A stretch of 64,000 bases of DNA from Candidatus Omnitrophota bacterium (GTDB lineage: Bacteria > Omnitrophota > Gorgyraeia > 1-14-0-20-64-10). The notes under the pieces were generated by a model, which searched no databases, was not told where the DNA came from, and saw only the letters and a list, made by a program, of their open reading frames with translations. Shown one piece after another: positions 1 through 9,299 of this stretch (position 1 is the stretch's first letter; every line of letters begins with the position of its first letter). Made by a program: the position numbers and the translations under genes. The stretch covers positions 14,434 through 78,433 of the forward strand of contig JACOVG010000021.1 of the NCBI GenBank assembly GCA_016177405.1, given 5' to 3'.

Positions 1-780
1 CTTGGTTTCGCCCGGCTTCAAAACAAGCTTCCCCTGCAAAACCCCCACCATGTCCTCCCCGCGGACCTCGTGGCCCCCCAGCTTCTTGGCGGCCAACCCG
101 CCCATCTCCTTGAACGACCCGTAGGGTCCGAAGAAGCTCTCCCGGCGGCACTCGAAGCTCTCGATCGGGAACGAGGCCGAGAAGAAGCCGAAACCGGTCT
201 TGTGCCAATCCTTGAAGGGATGCTTGAAGGCGACGATCGCCTGGGCCGACTTGTCGAAGACCGCCTCGTTGTAGAGGCAGAGGATGTTCCGGTAATGGGT
301 CTCCAGCGCCACATCGCCGCAGACGAGCTCGACAAACGGATAAACCTCGATCTCCCGGCGCTGGCCGGTGGTGTTCTTAAGGGAGGTCAGCCACAGCTCC
401 ACCGGGGCCTCCTTGGCCACGAAGTAAGTGACCGACCCCTTGATCCCGTGGCGGCTGGCGCTGATCTTGGTGTAGCCCAGGCCGTGCCGGCACTCCCAGC
501 CGTCCAGCTTCTCCCTGAAGGGCTGCCAGTTGAGCGACCAGATCCGTTTCTTGGCGGGCTCCTTCAGGAAAAGATAGCGCCCGGGCCGGTCGGAGCTTAA
601 GTGGTCGTAGCGCAGGATCCGGTAATACTTGGGGTCCTTGAAGTAGGAAAAGCCGCCGGCGGTCTGCGAGATCAAACAGTGGTAGACGTCGTTGAACAGG
701 TAATTGAACCACGGCCTGGGCGTGTCGGGCCGGGTGATGATGAACTCTTTGCTGTCTGGGCTAAAATGTCCGAAGCGCAT
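1..780 (-). CDS. GH94 glycoside phosphorylase (cellobiose/chitobiose phosphorylase family), N-terminal part; runs off window start
   Basis: Absent from ORF track (no stop in window). Manual translation from ATG 780: MRFGHFSPDSKEFIITRPDTPRPWFNYL...SQTAGGFSY...DRPGRYLFL...ECRHGLGYT...GEDMVGVLQGKLVLKPGETK, typical GH94 N-domain. AGGAAGG RBS upstream. Confidence 0.9.
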   Translation of the reverse strand, partial: MRFGHFSPDSKEFIITRPDTPRPWFNYLFNDVYHCLISQTAGGFSYFKDPKYYRILRYDHLSSDRPGRYLFLKEPAKKRIWSLNWQPFREKLDGWECRHGLGYTKISASRHGIKGSVTYFVAKEAPVELWLTSLKNTTGQRREIEVYPFVELVCGDVALETHYRNILCLYNEAVFDKSAQAIVAFKHPFKDWHKTGFGFFSASFPIESFECRRESFFGPYGSFKEMGGLAAKKLGGHEVRGEDMVGVLQGKLVLKPGETK

Positions 781-819
781 AGGCCTTCCTTATATCAGCC
801 CCCTGGACTTACGGGATGG

Positions 820-2022
820 TTAAACCGAGGCGAAGACGTCGCGGATCACGAGGCTCGCCGCGCCCAGGGCCACGCAGTCCTCGCCCAGGCGGGCGGGAAC
901 GATCTTCACCGCGTTGGCCATCTCCTCGAAGGCGTAAAGCCTGACCATCTTCTTGATCGCCTCAATCAGCGCCGGGCCGGCGGCCTCGATGCCGCCGCCG
1001 ATCACCACCGCCCCCGGGTTCATGAGGTTGACGAGAAAGGAGATCCGCACCCCCAGCCGCTCGCCGGCCTTCTGAACCATCTCGATGGCGAGCTTGTCGC
1101 CGTCCCGGACGGCTTCGAAGACGGTCTCCAGGGTGATCTTGTCCAGTTTTCCGGAAACCAGCTCCGAGATCCTGGACAGGCCCCCCTTCTGGATCGCCTC
1201 CCGGGCGTCGTCCGGAATTCCCAGGTGGGCCGCCCAGGGCTTCAAGGCGGTGAGGTTGCCGATCCAGACGTCCGAGACGTTCATCGAGTTCTTGATGGAG
1301 ACCTCGCCGGCCGTCCCGCTGATGCCGTGGTAGATCTCGCCGTTGATGATCATGCCGCAGCCGACCCCGGAATACATGAAGAGCATGATGTCCACATCGG
1401 TCCCGGCCCCCAGCGACCATTCGCCGTAGGCGGCGGTGGTGACGTCGTGCTCGAGCTTCACCGGCACCTTGAACTTCTCGGTGAGTAACCCCGCGATCGG
1501 CACGTAGATGGAGGCCACCCCCTCGGTGCAGCGGATCGTGCCGACCTCCCTGTCGATCACGCCGGAGGCGCCGATCTGGATGCCGCGGATCTTCTTGGCC
1601 TCCACCTGGGCGTTCTTGATCACCTCGCTGATGGCGTCGGTCAGGCTCTTCACCACGGAGTCGGCCGAGTCCCGCGGGCGGGGCGCCTTGGAGCGGGCCA
1701 CGACGTTCCCCTCCAGGTCCGCCAGGACCGCCTCGATCGAGAAAACGCCCAGATCCACCCCAACGACATAGGAAGATTTCGGATTCAGAACCACAATGGT
1801 CGGCCGGCGGCCGCCCGAGGAGATGTCCAGGCCCTTCTCGATCACGATCCCCTGCTCGATGAAGTTGTTGACGTAGTTGGAGACGGTCACGATGTTGAGC
1901 TTGGTGAGCTTGGAGATGTCGGTTCGGGAGATGGGCCCGTAACGCTTGATCGCTTCGAGGATGGAGACGTTCTTCCGTTCGCGGTCGGTCAGCGAATGCT
2001 CGTCCAGTTCCGCAGTCTTCAT
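820..2022 (-). CDS. ROK family transcriptional repressor (NagC/XylR-like)
   Basis: N-terminal HTH (ISRTDISKLTKLNIVTVS), SSGGRRP, VGVDLG, EHDVTTAAYGE, GVGCGMIING, GTAGEV, VALGAA. Confidence 0.93.
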   Translation of the reverse strand: MKTAELDEHSLTDRERKNVSILEAIKRYGPISRTDISKLTKLNIVTVSNYVNNFIEQGIVIEKGLDISSGGRRPTIVVLNPKSSYVVGVDLGVFSIEAVLADLEGNVVARSKAPRPRDSADSVVKSLTDAISEVIKNAQVEAKKIRGIQIGASGVIDREVGTIRCTEGVASIYVPIAGLLTEKFKVPVKLEHDVTTAAYGEWSLGAGTDVDIMLFMYSGVGCGMIINGEIYHGISGTAGEVSIKNSMNVSDVWIGNLTALKPWAAHLGIPDDAREAIQKGGLSRISELVSGKLDKITLETVFEAVRDGDKLAIEMVQKAGERLGVRISFLVNLMNPGAVVIGGGIEAAGPALIEAIKKMVRLYAFEEMANAVKIVPARLGEDCVALGAASLVIRDVFASV

Positions 2023-2074
2023 GATGGGGAGCCCCTTGGGTTAAGTCTGGCGGATGAGTTGCAACCCCGCGTGT

Positions 2075-2095
2075 TAAAACAACTAAACTGTTTTA
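2075..2095. promoter_or_regulatory. Candidate ROK operator (inverted repeat TAAAACA-N7-TGTTTTA)
   Basis: Perfect 7-bp inverted repeat in the AT-rich region upstream of the ROK gene, next to a minus-strand TTGACA at 2119-2124. Confidence 0.5.
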
Positions 2096-2143
2096 TAAAT
2101 ACCTTCAAGAAGGCCCCTTGTCAATCATAAAAACAGAACCCCC

Positions 2144-2212
2144 TGTCATCTCGAACGAGGCCTCTGTCATCTCGAACGAGACCCCTGTCATCTCGAACGA
2201 AGTGAGAGATCC
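2144..2212. repeat. 3x tandem 21-bp repeat (TGTCATCTCGAACGA core) ending in a REP-like unit that overlaps a stop codon
   Basis: Copies start at 2144, 2165 and 2186; the last continues AGTGAGAGATCC and encodes the C-terminus and TGA of the 2188-3195 gene. Confidence 0.9.
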
Positions 2213-3195
2213 CTGTAAGCGGCACTCAAAGTCTTCCAAACCGCTTCAGGATCTTCCGCCTTCAATTTGATGTAGGCCGCGCCGAAATAGCTCCAGGCGG
2301 CGAAGTTCCGGATCCCCTGGGCGTAACCCTCCTCTATCGCTTCCTTAATCTTGCCCTCTTCCCCTTTGGGAATATTGAAGTTCAGAATCCAAAGCTGGGC
2401 CTCCTTGCCGAATTGCCGGCACAGATCCTGGACGCGCCGGGCGAAGGGCCGGACACGCCCGGCCGCGTCCGGGGTGTGGGGCCTCCAGTAGGGGTCGGTC
2501 CCGAAGATCGAAAGCGAGGCTATCGAAGCGACCTTCGCCCAGTCGTTGACCGTCGAGGAGTTCTCGAAGGGAAGCTGGCAGAGCGCCGCCGTGAGCCCGG
2601 CCTTCACCGTGGCGTCGCAGAGGAATCGGGTGAAATCCACGAGGCATTCCTCTTTGAAGGCGCGAACCTCGGGCGTAAGGGTTTCGGGAAGCGCGCCGCC
2701 GTGCCGCTCCTTGAACCGCTGGGCGCAGGCCCCGCAGCGGCAGGCCCACAGGAGCGGATCGCCGGGCCCCTCCTTCTCTTCGGGATAGATCATGAAGTGG
2801 GGCTCGTCCCAGAAAAGGACGTCGGCCTTGATCCGCTGGGCGGCCTCGATCCACCGCAGGAGGTACTCCCGGACGGCCGGCTGGTTGGGGCAAGCGATGG
2901 GAAGGGATTCGCCCCGGGAGCTCACCTGCCGAAGCGAAAGCTCCCTGGCGATCAGGCTGGAGTAGGTTTCCCCGCCGAAAAGCTGGCCCACCCCCCAGGG
3001 GTCCAGCCAGACCTGAAGCCCCAGGGCGCGCGAGTCCTCCACGATCCGAGCCAGCGCCCCCTCGTAGAACTCCAGGTCCTCCTCGCTCATCGTGTGGACC
3101 ACGTAGGTGCAGCCGGCCTTCCGGATCTCTTCCAGATCCTCCTGGACCCGCCAGGGAATCCGGTTCCCGTAGTAGCTGACGCCGAGCGCGGTCAA
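2188..3195 (-). CDS. Putative glycoside hydrolase (TIM-barrel, GH5/GH42-like)
   Basis: Real protein is the C-terminal 335 aa of the 851-aa ORF, with a TTG start overlapping the SSS stop. GVSYYGNR, VWLDPWG, FWDEPH, CRC..C, GTDPYW, FAAWSY. Confidence 0.7.
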   Translation of the reverse strand: MTALGVSYYGNRIPWRVQEDLEEIRKAGCTYVVHTMSEEDLEFYEGALARIVEDSRALGLQVWLDPWGVGQLFGGETYSSLIARELSLRQVSSRGESLPIACPNQPAVREYLLRWIEAAQRIKADVLFWDEPHFMIYPEEKEGPGDPLLWACRCGACAQRFKERHGGALPETLTPEVRAFKEECLVDFTRFLCDATVKAGLTAALCQLPFENSSTVNDWAKVASIASLSIFGTDPYWRPHTPDAAGRVRPFARRVQDLCRQFGKEAQLWILNFNIPKGEEGKIKEAIEEGYAQGIRNFAAWSYFGAAYIKLKAEDPEAVWKTLSAAYRDLSLRSR

Positions 3196-4991
3196 TCCAG
3201 AGGGACGGGATCTTCCTGCTCGGACCAGTCGAGGTAGCCCACCGCCTTCAGCAGGATCGCGGCGGAGACCACCATCACGACGCCCGCGATGATCGCCTCT
3301 TTGAAGAGGCCGATGAAGGCCCACTGCAGACCCATCATGGCCGCGTAGACGGTGGCGATGCCGGAGAGCCAGCAGATGACGTTGCTTACCCGAAACTGCT
3401 GGGCGGTCAGCCCCGGCCAGCGGACATGGGCTTCCTTGGCGATGGGACCCCACCACCCCGGCGGCCGGGCCCGCCGGTAGAAGTTCAGCAGGACCTCCTT
3501 GTCCACCGGCTTGGTGAGGAAGGTCACCACGAGCCAGATGACGGTGCACAGGATGATCGTCAGGACCACCTGAATCGAGTACCATTCGCCGGTCTGGATC
3601 TTGGGCACGAGGAGAAGGGCGTTGGAGATCACGAAGCTCGCCACCAGCGACCAAAGCTCGGACTTGGCGGAGACGCGCCACCAGTACCACCGCAGCAAGG
3701 GCACCAGCACCCCGCCGGCCATCATCGCCGAGAGGAACAGCCACGCCCGGTAGACCGAGTTGAGCCGCCAGGCGCCGTAGGCCCCCATCAAGACCACAAC
3801 CACCGACATGATCTTGGAGACCACCACGTAGTGGCTCTCGGAGCCGCGGCGCACCACAAACCGCTTGTAGAGGTCGTTGACCAGGTACGAGGCGCCCCAG
3901 TTGATGTGGGTGGCCACGGTGGACATGAAGGCCGCCAGCATCGCCGCCACCATCAGCCCCCGGAATCCCACGGGCAGGAACATCACCATCATCTTGGGGT
4001 AGGCCATCTCCGGGTCGGCCAGGTTGGGCAGGTAAATGAGGCTGGCCAGGCCGACGAGCACCCAGGGGACGGCCCGGATGGCGTAATTCCAGATGTTGTA
4101 CCAGAGCAGAGCCCCGACGGCGTGCCGGCCGTTCTTGCAGGAGAAGAGGCGCTGGGCCAGGAAACCGCTGCCGTCGGCCCCGCCCCACCAGTTGATGAAG
4201 ATGAAGACCAAAAAGGTGAAGACCGCCAGGTCCGAGCCGGCAAAATTCGGAACAAACTTGATGATCTGGTCGGGGTCGGCCACCGGGGAGCCCAGCGTCG
4301 GGTCGGCGTGCAGAACCCGGGCCGCCTCCACCGCCTTCTGGGCCAGGGCGGCGGGGCCCCCGACATCCGCCACCACGATCCAGGCCAGCATGACCACGCC
4401 GATCATCGCCACGATGAACTGCATCAGATCGGTGTAAGCCACCCCCCACATCCCGGAGAGGGTCGTGTAGAACAGAGTCAGCGTGACCAGGATGACGATG
4501 GCGGTGAGCTTGGGCCATCCGAAGACCTCGGTGCAGATCTTCTGCATCCCGAGGAACACCCACGCCAGGGTGATGGTGTTGGCGATGACCGAGCGGAAGC
4601 AGGCGTGGAACATGCGAAGGCCCGCCGCGGTTTTCCCGCCGTAGCGCAGCTCCACGAGCTCCACGTCGGTCAGGATCTTGGAGCGCTGCCAGAGCTGGGC
4701 GAAGAAGAAGGCGGCCATCGTGGTGCCGATCAAGCCGCTCCACCAGTACCAGTTCCCCTGGAAACCCTGGGTGCGGACGATGCGGGCGATGGCCAGCGGG
4801 GTGTCGGCCGCGAAGGAGGTGGCCACCATCGAGGTGCCGGCCAGGAACCAGCCGAGTTTCCTGCCGGCTACGAAATATTCGCTAAGATTTTGAGAGGCGC
4901 GCTTGGTGAAGAGGAGGCCGATCCACAGGGAGGCGACGCCGTAGACGGCGATGACCGCCCAGTCCAGCGGGGCGAGGGCTATGCCGTCCAA
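3192..4991 (-). CDS. Sodium:solute symporter (SSS family)
   Basis: Multi-TM; EYFVAGR, SMVATSFAADTP, ELRYGG, AQRLFS, AAFMST. Confidence 0.93.
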   Translation of the reverse strand: MDGIALAPLDWAVIAVYGVASLWIGLLFTKRASQNLSEYFVAGRKLGWFLAGTSMVATSFAADTPLAIARIVRTQGFQGNWYWWSGLIGTTMAAFFFAQLWQRSKILTDVELVELRYGGKTAAGLRMFHACFRSVIANTITLAWVFLGMQKICTEVFGWPKLTAIVILVTLTLFYTTLSGMWGVAYTDLMQFIVAMIGVVMLAWIVVADVGGPAALAQKAVEAARVLHADPTLGSPVADPDQIIKFVPNFAGSDLAVFTFLVFIFINWWGGADGSGFLAQRLFSCKNGRHAVGALLWYNIWNYAIRAVPWVLVGLASLIYLPNLADPEMAYPKMMVMFLPVGFRGLMVAAMLAAFMSTVATHINWGASYLVNDLYKRFVVRRGSESHYVVVSKIMSVVVVLMGAYGAWRLNSVYRAWLFLSAMMAGGVLVPLLRWYWWRVSAKSELWSLVASFVISNALLLVPKIQTGEWYSIQVVLTIILCTVIWLVVTFLTKPVDKEVLLNFYRRARPPGWWGPIAKEAHVRWPGLTAQQFRVSNVICWLSGIATVYAAMMGLQWAFIGLFKEAIIAGVVMVVSAAILLKAVGYLDWSEQEDPVPLD

Positions 4992-5027
4992 CGGCGGGAA
5001 ACCCCGGCGGGGAGCATGGGGGGTATC

Positions 5028-6320
5028 TTAACCGACCGTTGAGCCGCGTGTCAATCCCTCGATGATGTACCGCTGAAAGCAGAGAAAGACGATGATCACC
5101 GGCAGAGCGGTGATGGCCGACCCGGCCATCAGGTGGACCCAATCGACCCCGGTGATCGACTTGTAGAGGGCCAGGCCCACCGGCAGGGTGCGCATCTCGA
5201 CCGTGTTGGTCAGCAGGAAGGGATAGAGGAAGGTGTTCCAGGCCCCCATGAAGGTGTTGATCCCGACCACCGCCAGCGCCGGAGAGGACAGGGGCAGCAC
5301 CACCCGGGTGAAGATGGCGAACTCCGAGGCGCCGTCGATCCGGGCCGCCTCCTCCACCGCCGGCGGCAGCTTGGAGATGTACTGCCGCATGAGGAAGATG
5401 TTGAAGGGGGTGACGAGGTTCGGAACGATCAGCGCCCAGTAGGAGTTGAGCCACCCGATGTGCTTCATCAGGATGAAGACCGGCACCATCAAAACCTGCG
5501 GCGGGATGGCGATGGAGCCCACGACCATGAAGAACATCGCTCGCTTGAAGGGAAAATCGCGGCGGGCGAAGGCGTAGCCCACCATGGCCGAGAAGAGAAG
5601 GTTGCCCAGGGTCACCAGCAGGGCGATCGCCGTCGAGTTGGCCGCGTAGCGGCCGAAGGGGCCGCTCACCAGAACGTCCCAGTAGTTGTTCCAGGTCCAG
5701 CGGCGGAACTCCAAGCGGACGTCGTCCAGGTGAAGGGTGCCGGCCCCCTCGGGAAAGGAGAGCGCGAGCGCTTCGGCCTGCCGCTCACGCAGCCCCGGGG
5801 AGAGGGCCTGCAGGAAAAGGGACTCCATCGGGACCCTGACCGTTTCCCATCGGGTGGTCAACCCGCCCCGAAGGAACTGCTGGAGGTCGACGCTTGCCCG
5901 GCGGCCCTTCAGGTCCGCCATCTCCACCATGAAGGTCTCGCCCCCTTTGTCGCCGCGAACCCGAAACGACAAGTGGGAGAATTTCCGCAGGTCCTGGGCG
6001 ATCCGGGTGGACCACCGGGCCGGCCCCTCCCCCTTGAGATACCGGATTGTCAGGAAGCGGTTCTGCTGGGGGGCGGGTTCCGGGGGCGTGAAGAGCATCT
6101 CCACCTTGGAGTCCGCGCCGGTTTCCACGCCGATGGGTCCGCCGATCGAATTCAAGGCGCCAACCTCGAAGTCGGCCACCAGGACCTCGCGGGAGCGCTT
6201 AAACAGGGTGCCGGTGGGCTTGAAGGAGGCGTGGAACATGAGGGCCAGCGGCGCCAGCGTCGCCGCGAGCATGACGGTCAGCACCGCCACCGCGAAGGCC
6301 GTCACCAGCCGCTCGCGCAT
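5028..6320 (-). CDS. Carbohydrate ABC transporter permease (MalG-like) with inserted CBM11/CIA30-like domain
   Basis: EEAARIDGAS EAA motif, multiple TMs; ~160-aa insertion with DFE...LSFRVRG..GGE.F...W..V.VP...LDDV; ATG at 6320 overlaps upstream stop. Confidence 0.88.
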   Translation of the reverse strand: MRERLVTAFAVAVLTVMLAATLAPLALMFHASFKPTGTLFKRSREVLVADFEVGALNSIGGPIGVETGADSKVEMLFTPPEPAPQQNRFLTIRYLKGEGPARWSTRIAQDLRKFSHLSFRVRGDKGGETFMVEMADLKGRRASVDLQQFLRGGLTTRWETVRVPMESLFLQALSPGLRERQAEALALSFPEGAGTLHLDDVRLEFRRWTWNNYWDVLVSGPFGRYAANSTAIALLVTLGNLLFSAMVGYAFARRDFPFKRAMFFMVVGSIAIPPQVLMVPVFILMKHIGWLNSYWALIVPNLVTPFNIFLMRQYISKLPPAVEEAARIDGASEFAIFTRVVLPLSSPALAVVGINTFMGAWNTFLYPFLLTNTVEMRTLPVGLALYKSITGVDWVHLMAGSAITALPVIIVFLCFQRYIIEGLTRGSTVG

Positions 6321-8569
6321 CAGACCCGATCCTCCATCTTGAAGAGACGCATCTGGACCCACGAGAAGCTCATCGTGATGAAGAAAAGGAGGTACCCGAC
6401 CGCCGCGGCCCGCCCCATCTCAAACCGGTGGAACCCGGTCTCGTAGAGGTACCAGACCACCGTGGTGGTGGAGCCCAGGGGCCCGCCCTGCGTCATCGCG
6501 AAGATCTCCGGGAAGACCTGAAAGGCGTGGATGGTGTTGACCACCGTCGCCACCAGAAGAATCGGCTTCAGCTGCGGCAGGGTGATGTGCCTGAACTTCT
6601 GCCACTCGTTGGCCCCGTCGATGGCCGCCGCCTCGTAGAGCTCCGAGGGGATCGTTTGCAGGCCCGCCAAGAACAGCACCATGTAATAGCCGAAGCTCGC
6701 CCAGACGTTCATCATCATGATGGAAAGCAGGGCCAGCCGGGTGTTGAGGAGCCAGTTCGGCGTGGGCGGCGGCAGACTCAGCGCCCGCAGCCCCAGGTTC
6801 ACCAGGCCGCCGGGGGAATAGAGGTAGGTGAAGATGGTGGCGATCACGATGACCGAGGTGGCCACCGGCAGGAAGAGGCCCGCCTGGTAGAGGCCCTTCA
6901 GGGGAACCTTGGTGTTGATCAGAACCGCCGCGAAAAGGGCCAGCGCCATGGTGGGCGGGATGGTCCCCGCCGCGAAGAAAAACGTGTTCGCCAGGGCCCG
7001 GAGGAACTCGGGGCTGCGCCCGATCTCCAGGAAGTTCCTCAAGCCCACAAAGGTGAATTCGGAGCTCAACAGGTTGTAGCGGGCAAAGCTCAAGACGAGC
7101 GAATGCACGAGCGGCGTCAGGCTGAAGACCAGAAAGATGGCCAGCCAGGGCGACAGAAAAATCAGGCTCACCGCCAAATCCCGGGGCGAGCGGGAAACCC
7201 TCGCCGCGATCCCCCGCCCCCGCCGCCTGGCCAACAGCCAGAGGAACATTCCGGCCAGGCCCGCGGCCGCCAGCAGGCCGAACACCACCGCGTCGCTCAC
7301 CCCCGTCTTCACCTCGGGGCTGGCCAGGATTTCGTTGATGGCGGCGGCGGCCTCGGCCAGGGCCGCGCTGGGGCGGCGGTCCTTCAAGACGACCTCCTCC
7401 ACCGCGCGGGTGATCCACTCCTGCATCTCCACCCACCGGGGATGGGCCGGGGGGGCCACCGCGAACCGGACCTGGTCAAAAAAGAGCTTCTGCTCCGGGT
7501 GGGTCTTGTAATAAGGATGGTTGAGGGCCGACTTGGCGGTGGGGACGATGTTGCGCTGGGCCTCCACAATGGCCATCGCCTGCTCCTCTTCCATCAAGAA
7601 GAGGGCCAACTTGAGGGCCGCCTCCGGGTGCTTGGCGCTTTTTAAGACGGACAGGATCTCCCCGCCGGCAAAGGAGGCCGGCGTTCCCCGGAGGGCCGCC
7701 GGCCGGGGGCACAGGCCCACGCCGAAATTGAGCGTGGGATTCATCTGGGGAATCAGGGAGAAGTTCCAGGAACCGGAAATTTGGATGCCCACCCGGCCCT
7801 GGGCGAAGAGCTGGTTCACCTGGGTCTGACGCTCCACCAGCGCGTAGGGCTTGAGCATCCGGTAGAACTCCAGGGCCTCCACCACCGGCGGCTGGTCCAG
7901 CAGACAGCGCTTCCACCGCGAATCCAACACCTCGCCGCCGTTGCCCCAGGCGAAGGAAAGGAACTCCTGCCAGGGGGCGTACGGCTCCGCCACGTGGATG
8001 CCGATCCCGTAAACGTCCGGCCCCAGGGCGTCAACGGCGCTGGCGGCCTGGAGAAGCTCTTCCCAGGTGGCCGGGGGACGGTCCGGGTCAAGCCCCGCCC
8101 GGCCGAAGAGATCCCGGTTGTAAAAAAGGATGCGGGTCCCGGCCAGCCACGGCAAGCCGTAGATCCGCTCCTTGAAGGCGGCCGGCTCCCAGAGGAAATA
8201 CCGGTCCCGGATGTCCCGTGAGGCCTCGGTCAGATCGGTCAGGACGCCGGAGGAGGCGAACTGCGGCACCCAGTCGGTCCCCAGCTCGCACAGGTCCGGG
8301 GCGTTGCCGGCGGCGATCGAGGTGATGATCTTGTCCAGGCCGTAGTCCCAGGCCAGCTGTTGAAACCGCACCCGGATGCCAGGATTCTGGCGCTCGAACT
8401 TGGCCAGGAGGCCGCGCATCAGCTCCTCGCCCACCGAAAGCTCCCAGAAATCAATGGTGACTTCGGAGGCGAAGGCGGGTGCGGGCTTAAGGGCGAGGGG
8501 TGAAAGGAGAAGGAGCGTCATGGCGAGCCCGCCAAAGAATTTCGGCGGGCGAAGCAATCTCTCGATCAC
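6320..8569 (-). CDS. Fused sugar-binding protein + ABC permease (MalE/MalF-like)
   Basis: Signal peptide, SBP (PDLCELG, LFYNRDLF, P.TWEEL), then permease (ELYEAAAIDGA, TQGGP); GTG start at 8569 inferred. Confidence 0.88.
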   Translation of the reverse strand: MIERLLRPPKFFGGLAMTLLLLSPLALKPAPAFASEVTIDFWELSVGEELMRGLLAKFERQNPGIRVRFQQLAWDYGLDKIITSIAAGNAPDLCELGTDWVPQFASSGVLTDLTEASRDIRDRYFLWEPAAFKERIYGLPWLAGTRILFYNRDLFGRAGLDPDRPPATWEELLQAASAVDALGPDVYGIGIHVAEPYAPWQEFLSFAWGNGGEVLDSRWKRCLLDQPPVVEALEFYRMLKPYALVERQTQVNQLFAQGRVGIQISGSWNFSLIPQMNPTLNFGVGLCPRPAALRGTPASFAGGEILSVLKSAKHPEAALKLALFLMEEEQAMAIVEAQRNIVPTAKSALNHPYYKTHPEQKLFFDQVRFAVAPPAHPRWVEMQEWITRAVEEVVLKDRRPSAALAEAAAAINEILASPEVKTGVSDAVVFGLLAAAGLAGMFLWLLARRRGRGIAARVSRSPRDLAVSLIFLSPWLAIFLVFSLTPLVHSLVLSFARYNLLSSEFTFVGLRNFLEIGRSPEFLRALANTFFFAAGTIPPTMALALFAAVLINTKVPLKGLYQAGLFLPVATSVIVIATIFTYLYSPGGLVNLGLRALSLPPPTPNWLLNTRLALLSIMMMNVWASFGYYMVLFLAGLQTIPSELYEAAAIDGANEWQKFRHITLPQLKPILLVATVVNTIHAFQVFPEIFAMTQGGPLGSTTTVVWYLYETGFHRFEMGRAAAVGYLLFFITMSFSWVQMRLFKMEDRV
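8517..8561 (-). repeat. REP/RPE-like palindromic element in signal-peptide coding region
   Basis: GTCATGGCGAG-cccgcc..ggcggg-CGAAGCAATCTC; encodes RLLRPPKFFGGLAMT. Confidence 0.9.
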
Positions 8570-8598
8570 GGGGCTAAGTCTACCGCCGGAGGAATAGA

Positions 8599-8628
8599 TT
8601 GACAAGCCTCTCCTCTTAAACGGATAAT
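8599..8628 (+). promoter_or_regulatory. Putative sigma70 promoter
   Basis: TTGACA-N18-GATAAT directly upstream of the 8646 ATG in a divergent intergenic region. Confidence 0.55.
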
Positions 8629-8645
8629 TAAATTCCTAACCTAAG

Positions 8646-9299
8646 ATGAAACCTAAGCTTCTGATCGCTTGCGATTTCGACGGAACGCTCACCCGGCAGG
8701 ACACCCTGGTGACGATCCTGGATTCCTTCGGCTCCCCTTCCTGGAGGGAAGTCCAGCAAAAGGTCGTTTCCGGTGAAATCCCGATCCGGGAGGGGCTCGC
8801 GGCGGAGATGGCCTCTGTCCGGGCCAACCGCGAGCAGTTGATCGAGCTTTTGACCCAGCAGGTTGGCGTGGATCCGGCTTTTTCCGGCTTCCTTCATCTG
8901 ACGCGGCGGGAGGGGGTGCCCCTGGTCTGCCTGACCGGCGGCTTCGACCTGTGCGTGGAGACGGTTCTCAAAAAGGAGGGGCTCTGGCCTCTGCCTTATC
9001 TTGCCAACCGGCTCCTGAAGGATAACGGCTCCTGGCATGTGGAGTTTCCGTACCCCTCGGCCACCTGCGCCGCCTGCGGCCACTGCAAGGCCGATCCGAT
9101 CCGCGGCTGGAACGAGCAGGGCTACACCACCGTCTTTGTGGGCAACGGGGTAACCGACCGCTGCCCGGCCCGGGTGGCCAACCTCACCTTCGCCAAGGAG
9201 GAGCTGGGCCAGTGGTGCCAAAGCCAGGGTCTGCCCTGGGTGCCTTACGAGAATTTCTCTGACGTCGAGCAGGAATTAAGGAGGAGGGAATGGATATAA
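8646..9299 (+). CDS. HAD-superfamily phosphatase (MtnX-like)
   Basis: DFDGT motif I, CGHCK, VFVGNGVTD, FAK. Confidence 0.85.
   Translation: MKPKLLIACDFDGTLTRQDTLVTILDSFGSPSWREVQQKVVSGEIPIREGLAAEMASVRANREQLIELLTQQVGVDPAFSGFLHLTRREGVPLVCLTGGFDLCVETVLKKEGLWPLPYLANRLLKDNGSWHVEFPYPSATCAACGHCKADPIRGWNEQGYTTVFVGNGVTDRCPARVANLTFAKEELGQWCQSQGLPWVPYENFSDVEQELRRREWI

Noticed and set aside
2144-2212. Possible CRISPR array
   Set aside because: 21-bp period with only ~6-bp near-identical spacers; no cas genes.
3196-4743. N-terminal ~515 aa of the 851-aa ORF
   Set aside because: Alternate-frame shadow of the SSS gene (R/P/G-rich); the real GH starts near 3195.
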